A stretch of DNA of 64,000 nt. It comes from Heteronotia binoei. Taxonomy: Eukaryota. Position 1 is the first letter of the stretch; every line of letters begins with the position of its first letter. The stretch lies in contig NC_083228.1 in assembly GCF_032191835.1 (NCBI RefSeq), positions 79,670,001-79,734,000 on the forward strand, written 5' to 3'. Shown piece after piece: positions 57,628 through 64,000 of this stretch. A model generated the notes under the pieces. That model saw only the letters and a program-made list of their open reading frames with translations. It had not been told where the DNA came from and did no database searches. The position numbers and the translations under genes are program-made.

Positions 57628-58910
57628 TTTAAACCCTTTAGTTCTTCAAGAATTGTACTATCAATGTTAAATAGCTGCCAGAACACATTTCTGAAATGCA
57701 GCAATGTATATTTCTGTTTTATAATTCAGTTGTTTTTATTTACCCAAGAATCAGCATTGTGAATGACTGAAAAATACATAGTATTGTATATTTATCTACA
57801 TAGCTTCCTGATGAAGTCTAATCATGCAGCTATAGTTTGATCTCAGTAAACCGGCTAAGAAAAAGTTGATTAGAGACAGGTACTCAACCTACAGCCTACT
57901 CACTGGCAGTGATCTTATCATTTGTACTGCAAACCTCAGAAAACTTGAAAACAGACTTTGCATAAATTATACACAGTTTGCACATATATAATCTTTCAAA
58001 TTATTCTGTATTTTTGCAGATTTTGGAGTAATACAAACACATTTTAACACAGAGTTGGTGTCCCCACTCTGTCACTTACTTTTGTCTGTCTAAAGACTGG
58101 GAGGGGCAACTATAATCTGAAGCTATTAGATAATCCTGTGTCCTTTGATGCTGTCAGAGAGCTAGCGTAGTACACAGATAAGAGACTGAGCTATGAATGG
58201 AGAAATCCCAGGGTTTAATCTCGCATTAACTGTCAAAGAGACCTCATTTTTCTGGCCTCCTGTGATTAGCTGAGATCACACTGGCCTTGGCTCTTAAGAT
58301 TTGGCCAGCTTGACATTTAAAATGGAAGCTATTTAAAGACCCAAACTCCATTTCAGGAGACAGCTGGGAAGCAGCCTTAGTAGAATATGGATGAGTCCAT
58401 CACCCAGGCAACCAAACTTCCCAAGTGAAATGCTACAAAACTTGTTACCAGATGGGTTTGCCTAGAATATGATTAGTGCTAATTGGCTTCTTTTCCCTCT
58501 TACAAGATGATTGGTTCATATACATGGGCCTGTATGTCCACTGGCTGATCTTCATGAGTTTTTCCTCTTAAGAGGCAGGGATATAGGCGCTCTTTCTTAC
58601 AGGTCTATTTTCTCTTTCTGCTGCTGGGAACAGATAGCTCTGCTGGCACACCTCCAATATAGTCATGGTTTGACAACCACCACGGGTGTGGCTTGATTCC
58701 CATAATTTTTAAATGGTTCAAACAAGGACTTTATAATTCAGCTGTTTTTATTTACCCAAGAATCAGCACTCTTTGTCTCTTTAAGGGACAAATAAAATTG
58801 TTTTTATCCAGATGTAGACACACTTCTTGTAATGCTCTGAAGTATAAATGAACTAATGTTGTAGTAACAGATTTATTTTTAATTTACTGAATGAATGTGC
58901 CTATGGATAA

Positions 58911-59135
58911 GAGAGCCAGTGTGGTATACAGGTGGGTGTCAGGCTAGGAGACTCTGGTTCAAATCCCTGCTCTGCCATGGAAGCCTGCTGAGTAACCTTG
59001 GGCCAATCACCTACCATCCATCAAACCTACTTCATAGGGTTATTGTGAGGAAAAAATGTAGGACATGACAATGATGTTAGCTGCTTGGGTCCTCATTAGG
59101 AAGAATGACAAGGTATAAATGAAGTAAACATACAT
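58911..59135 (+). mobile_element. MIR/Ther1-like SINE
   Basis: B box ggttcaaatccc; accttgggccaatcac core; homologous to the 23703 copy. Confidence 0.8.
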
Positions 59136-59608
59136 AAAGAGAATAAATTTGAATTTCAGCAACCACCTATGAATTTCAGCTAAATGCTACTGTTAAAAAA
59201 ATATTCTGGTTTTATGGAAGGAAATAAAGCATCCTAGGAGGCCTTGAGGGCAAATCATAATTAGCATGTAGTAATTTTCTAACAACTACTGACAATTATA
59301 CTTTTTCTGTTTTTTCAAATTTTTAAACAGAGGTTAGGAGGGTGGATGTATACCGTTTTTGGCCCCAGGGCTTTTGTACCCCAACCTATAATATGGAGAG
59401 AACACAGGCCTTCCTTACAGAGCTGCTTTAAGACAATGTTTGTGAGATTCTTTGAAAACTCCAGAATGTTATATAAATGTAAGTATCATTATTGACCCTG
59501 GGTCCTGAGTTGTCAGGGGAAACCAACAAGTAAATGTTAGGAACAAAAATCAGACGTTATACTCAATGCTATATGCTGATAGTCAGAGCCAAGAAAGAGG
59601 ATTTATAC

Positions 59609-59816
59609 CTGAAACTGCAGTTTTTCCAGATACAGGAGCTGGGGTTGTCACAAAAGAAGCAATGCTAACAACTGCAGATGCACTTGTTTTATTTGGTACT
59701 GCAGAGGCTGCTGGTGCTTGGTTGAGAGCAACTTGCTGCTGCTGCTGCTGCTGCCCAGAGGCCTTCACTACAGAGCTCACAGCTGGAGATGAACTGGAAC
59801 TTGCATTGTCTCCTTG
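59609..59816 (-). CDS. YEATS2: YEATS2 exon QGDNASSSSSPAVSSVVKASGQQQQQQQVALNQAPAASAVPNKTSASAVVSIASFVTTPAPVSGKTAVS
   Basis: aatacag acceptor and gtataa donor; 208 nt; phases match neighbours. Confidence 0.9.
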
Positions 59817-60369
59817 CTGTATTAAAAAGAGGAGAGAGGGCAGTCAATTTCCCCCCTCATTTTAATGCCTTAACACACCCACACAATAAGAGCAGAGGCA
59901 GCCAACTGGTACAATATGTGAATTCATTCATTATTTAAGACCAAACTACATATTATGTCAGAGATTAAAACATGGTTACATCCTTTAAAGCCCATTGATT
60001 TCAGTGGACAGAAGGGTTAATCCTTCCTGGGATCACACTGTAGATCTCCCAATACTGTTAGCTTTACTGGGGGTATGGGCAGCAATTCTAAATTTAATTG
60101 ACAAAATGGCCTAGAGTGAGTTTTTAACTCTTTCCCTCTTATTATTTTCTTCAAGCTGCTGCTAAGGGAGGGAGGGATAAACATTACAAATTTGTAAGCA
60201 GGAAGTGTAAGCAGAAATGTGGGAAGCAAGAATCTGTGTTTAAGCTTTGACTTCAAGAAACAAAAAATTCTGATCTGGGTGTACTTTCTTGCACAATCCT
60301 TGCTTTTTTGAAAAATTGTGCCTTCAAGTGAAGCTTAACAGACACATATCCAACAACACTGCAGCTCAC

Positions 60370-60543
60370 CTGCGCAACTCCATTTGATGGAAGCGTCACG
60401 GCTGACGTTGTTGCTGTGGTAATCACACCACCAGACACTCTTAGCACAGTAGTACCTGGCTTTGAGAGTTGTGATGATGTTGGCACAGACTTCAGTGCAT
60501 TGTCTGATATTTTCATCAGTGATGCTTGTCCACCAGAAGCCGC
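60370..60543 (-). CDS. YEATS2: YEATS2 exon AASGGQASLMKISDNALKSVPTSSQLSKPGTTVLRVSGGVITTATTSAVTLPSNGVAQ
   Basis: ttcatag acceptor and gtgagc donor; 174 nt. Confidence 0.95.
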
Positions 60544-61683
60544 CTATGAAATTAACAAGAAGTGAAATGGAAACAACGATTTTGACAAATCATATACAGC
60601 TTAGAGATGAACAAATAAATGAATAAAGGTGATGGGAATGCACAGGCATTCCCCTGGCTCCTCCTCCTGGCTGCCTTTAAAATGCCTGGGGTGAATCTGA
60701 GAACACTGACTACTGGAAATGGACTCTATCAGGGGAAAAGAGATAATTTTTCAGGAAAATGGCTCACTAATTCAATAAAGTGGATCTGAATGTGGATGGT
60801 GACAGAAGGGGTATCTATGTATTGTCTTACATTTTAGGATTCCCCCTGATAAAGAGAACTGAAAATAAATTTGGTGCTTGTTCTTTCAATTTAATTCTTT
60901 CATTTAATTCTGTTCTTTCAATTTAATTAAACTGAATTCTGCGGTCTCAGTTGATTGACTGTCTCACTCCTGTTGAGCTACACTGATGAATGTAAAAAGT
61001 CATGGTGGCTTACACAAATGCTATCAGTAAGGGTACAGATGCCTACACCTGCACCTCTCACGTCTGGAAGGCTATAACTTGGATCCAACAGAGTATTTCT
61101 GCATGTTGAAGGATTTATGTCCATGGACATAAATTTCTAGCCTCCCTCGTGCCGCTGCAGCCCAAAATGCCCCCACTGCCACTGTGCAGGACAAGGTGCT
61201 GAATTACATGGATGACAAGTCCAATCAAGCAAGGCTCTTCTTCTGCTCTCAGAATGGCTGAAGGACAGCCAACACTCCAAATGAACATGACACTAATTTG
61301 AGACACAATTCAGAGGCCCTGCTTCAAATATTCCTATCTTCACAAGTGAGGTGAGTGGCAACAAGACCTTCTAGGCAGAAGAATGCCAGCTGAAGCTGCC
61401 CAAAGACATGTGGTTATTCTCTACATAGACAGCTTCGAGATGCCAAGTGAAGTCAATATCATTTCTCTACACTAGTAATAAAGAATTGGCATTTATTCTA
61501 TACTTTTGGCATTTATTGTTGTTTTAATGCTTTCCCCCCATTCATTTTAATGATTTTTAATATATTTTTGTTTGTTTCTCCTTTTTTAACTGCTTTGGGA
61601 TCTTAGGCTGGAAGCCAGGATAAAAATTCTTCAATAAATTAAAAATGGCAATATGAGATCAGCATGGCAATCTTGGTAATTAC

Positions 61684-61845
61684 CTGTGCAAATAAAGTAG
61701 CAGTTTTGTGTCCAGTTATTACTTTCAATGCCTGATGTCCTTGTGCCGATGATGTTCCAGCACCTGTATTACTTAGGACTACTGTCCCTGTTGCCACTTG
61801 CTTTGCAGAACTTGGCTGAGATGGCTGACCAACTAAAAATGTGCC
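61684..61845 (-). CDS. YEATS2: YEATS2 exon GTFLVGQPSQPSSAKQVATGTVVLSNTGAGTSSAQGHQALKVITGHKTATLFAQ
   Basis: tgtccag acceptor and gtaatt donor; 162 nt. Confidence 0.94.
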
Positions 61846-62265
61846 CTGGACAAAAGGAAGAAACAGCTATAGTCAATTCCTACCTCCAGTGACAAAAAAC
61901 TTCAGAAGTGGACTTGTTATAAATCAGGGACAGGTAAAGGAGGAAGTCTGGTCCAAGTTCCTTCTGCAGGTAAAGGAGAGATGCCATGGATTTCTGCTGC
62001 CCAGCAGTCTTTGATTTTTTCATCCCACACCACCAGTCCCTCTCTAATGATACCTGTAACATAACAGGTTGGAGGCTAAAGTTCGAGGTGAAAGGAGCGA
62101 CAATAATCAGAGTGTGAAAGCAATACAGAGCACTGCCCTTAAGCTATTTGAGATGTCTGCAAAGTAAGACAGATCTGGGTGGAAGAGATTGTTATCTCAA
62201 TGATCAGAGGCCCTTGTTTTTGCCCAGTGCCCAGCAATGTGGAAGAGATCTTCATTATGACTGAC

Positions 62266-62375
62266 CTGAGGCGTTTGTTTGAGGATATAAGACGTGTAGG
62301 TGAGATGCTGAGATAAGCCAGTGCTTGTGCTTTGGGTTGCTCCACCTCCGCTTGTGGAAGAACCTGACTGGAGAT
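62266..62375 (-). CDS. YEATS2: YEATS2 exon (N)LQSGSSTSGGGATQSTSTGLSQHLTYTSYILKQTPQ
   Basis: gttccag acceptor and gtcagt donor; 110 nt; conserved SQHLTYTSYILKQTPQ. Confidence 0.95.
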
Positions 62376-62693
62376 CTGGAACATAGAACAAAACAGTCAT
62401 ACATACCATGTCGCTTAGCCCTGCTACTCATTTCAGTGATGCTACAATGGAACATTATGTGAAAAGGGTTATTTTTTTAGAGCAAGACTACCACAATAAA
62501 TGGTAGAGCTGCAAGGGAATTTCCTGGCACTTTCTTGTTGTTAAAAAGGAACTGCAAAAAGACATTTAGACTGACACTACAGAAAGTGAAAGTTTATCCC
62601 TCTCATAAGCTGTTTCCCTAATAAAAAACTGGTTCCCAGAACTGCAATTAGCCACAGTAGGAAAAAAAATACAAGTAGAATATAGTTACATTG

Positions 62694-62882
62694 CCGGGCT
62701 TTTTTTGCAGAAAAAGCCCAGCAGGAACTCATTTGCATATTAAGCCACATTCCTTGATGTCACCATTGTTTCACACAGGACGTTTTTGTAGAAAAAGCCC
62801 AACAGTAACTTATTCGCATATTAGACCATATCCCCTGATGCCAAGCCAGCCGGAACTGCATTCCTGCTAAAAAAAAGCTCTG
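62694..62882. mobile_element. hAT-type MITE (CAGGGCTTTTTTT termini) containing the octamer ATTTGCAT
   Basis: ccgggcttttttt / aaaaaaaagctctg; TSD-like gttacatt / gttacatg; internal ~55-bp duplication. Confidence 0.7.
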
Positions 62883-63186
62883 GTTACATGTCCTTTCCTC
62901 CTAACCATGACTGATCAGTTGCTCAAGGAAGGAGGATGATTTCTATTAAAGAAATGGTTAATTCCTCTCCCAGCTCCTCCCCAAATCTACCCCACACCCT
63001 CTTACAACTGCTTATTAATATTAATGAAAATACTGAGAAAATCTGATCATGGATCTCCCATAGAACATGCAACACAATGCTGACCCTGTTTAGCCAGATT
63101 TGTTCCATGCCCCCCCAATTCTATTAAGTATGAGTTATGACACTGCTACATTTATAGTTCATTATTTTCCCTTGTAAAAGACTAAC

Positions 63187-63339
63187 TGGCATTATTCGTA
63201 GCTCGCAGAATGGCTCCTTGTGGTATAAGCAGCAGTTTTCCTTTCCCAGAAGGGTTCTTGCTGTTTGTGGTAAGGTAGAGTTTTGTGCCAGGTGGTAGAT
63301 TTGCCAAGTTAGTGGCAGGTAACTGTAGTGTTGCCATCA
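63187..63339 (-). CDS. YEATS2: YEATS2 exon (V)MATLQLPATNLANLPPGTKLYLTTNSKNPSGKGKLLLIPQGAILRATNNA
   Basis: cttctag acceptor and gttagt donor; 153 nt; not in the supplied ORF track, translated by hand. Confidence 0.94.
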
Positions 63340-64000
63340 CTAGAAGTAAAAGAAGAAAAAGAAAAATACTTTCCAGGTTTTCAGAAACCAGCCCTTTGCA
63401 AAATACTCTCTTGTTAGGGATAAAAATCAGTAATTGTAATCAGTAATCAGTAAAAAGAGAAGCAATTGATTATGAAGCTGATTATGAAGTGCACTTTTAA
63501 GCTATGTAAGTGTTATTTTTGTCATAGCCCACCCAATATTAATATTTCTAGGTTATATCAAATTTTAAAATATGGGTTGTTTTTTTAGGAAGGAAGGGTG
63601 TAGAAGGAACAAATGGGTAAATGAGGGAAAATTTAGGGTATAAATAATAAAATTTCAATAATAAGAGGAAAGATTATGGAAAATAAATATAAATATTGGA
63701 GGAAAACTGGGTATATTTTCAGCAAAAAAACTAAATTTTTTGAAAACCCTTATAAAGAAAACATAACACATTTTATTTAGAATTCCAAAAATAAAATGAA
63801 ATAAAAAAGTATTAAAAAGAGGCAATAAATTAAAATCATCTTCTTTACACCCTTAAGTTTAAGCCATTATTTTTTTAAATTGTTTTCTATCTTCCAGGAC
63901 CTTTTACTTTTCCCAAAGTAATAGATTTGACCCTTGGTAAAATACCTTCAGCTTTAAATCTCCTTAATGTGTGGGTGCACTCTTTCACTTCAGTAAAATT

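Noticed and set aside
63900-64000. Possible further YEATS2 exon ending at a GAAG|gtattt donor near 63945
   Set aside because: The translation does not resemble YEATS2; this AT-rich region looks more like an old LINE remnant, but I cannot support a family call.

Overview
Vertebrate genomic DNA from a squamate reptile, most likely a gecko (inferred from the repeat families present). It holds the conserved PARL -> MAP6D1 -> <- YEATS2 block that lies at 3q27 in human. I reconstructed the exons by hand from GT/AG junctions, phase continuity and recalled orthologue sequences. These are the last 7 coding exons of PARL (+, 487..10319), all 3 coding exons of MAP6D1 (+, 15697..22765, 256 aa) and the last 15 coding exons of YEATS2 (-, 63339..33121). 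Introns are dense with L2, CR1 and L1 LINE fragments, MIR-like, Sauria and 5S-derived SINEs, hAT and Tc/mariner MITEs, a solo LTR and a Penelope-like palindrome. The most striking structure is a 4.9-kb insertion in a YEATS2 intron. It is bounded by a 17-bp target-site duplication at an L1 endonuclease site, has no recognisable reverse transcriptase, and carries two nested DNA-transposon MITEs, one almost fully palindromic. Other leads: MAP6D1 appears to keep a third MAP6-like Mn motif, has an overlapping ~225-codon alternative ORF and has a candidate 9/12-nt neural microexon. No database searches were run; family names and orthologue comparisons come from recalled knowledge.
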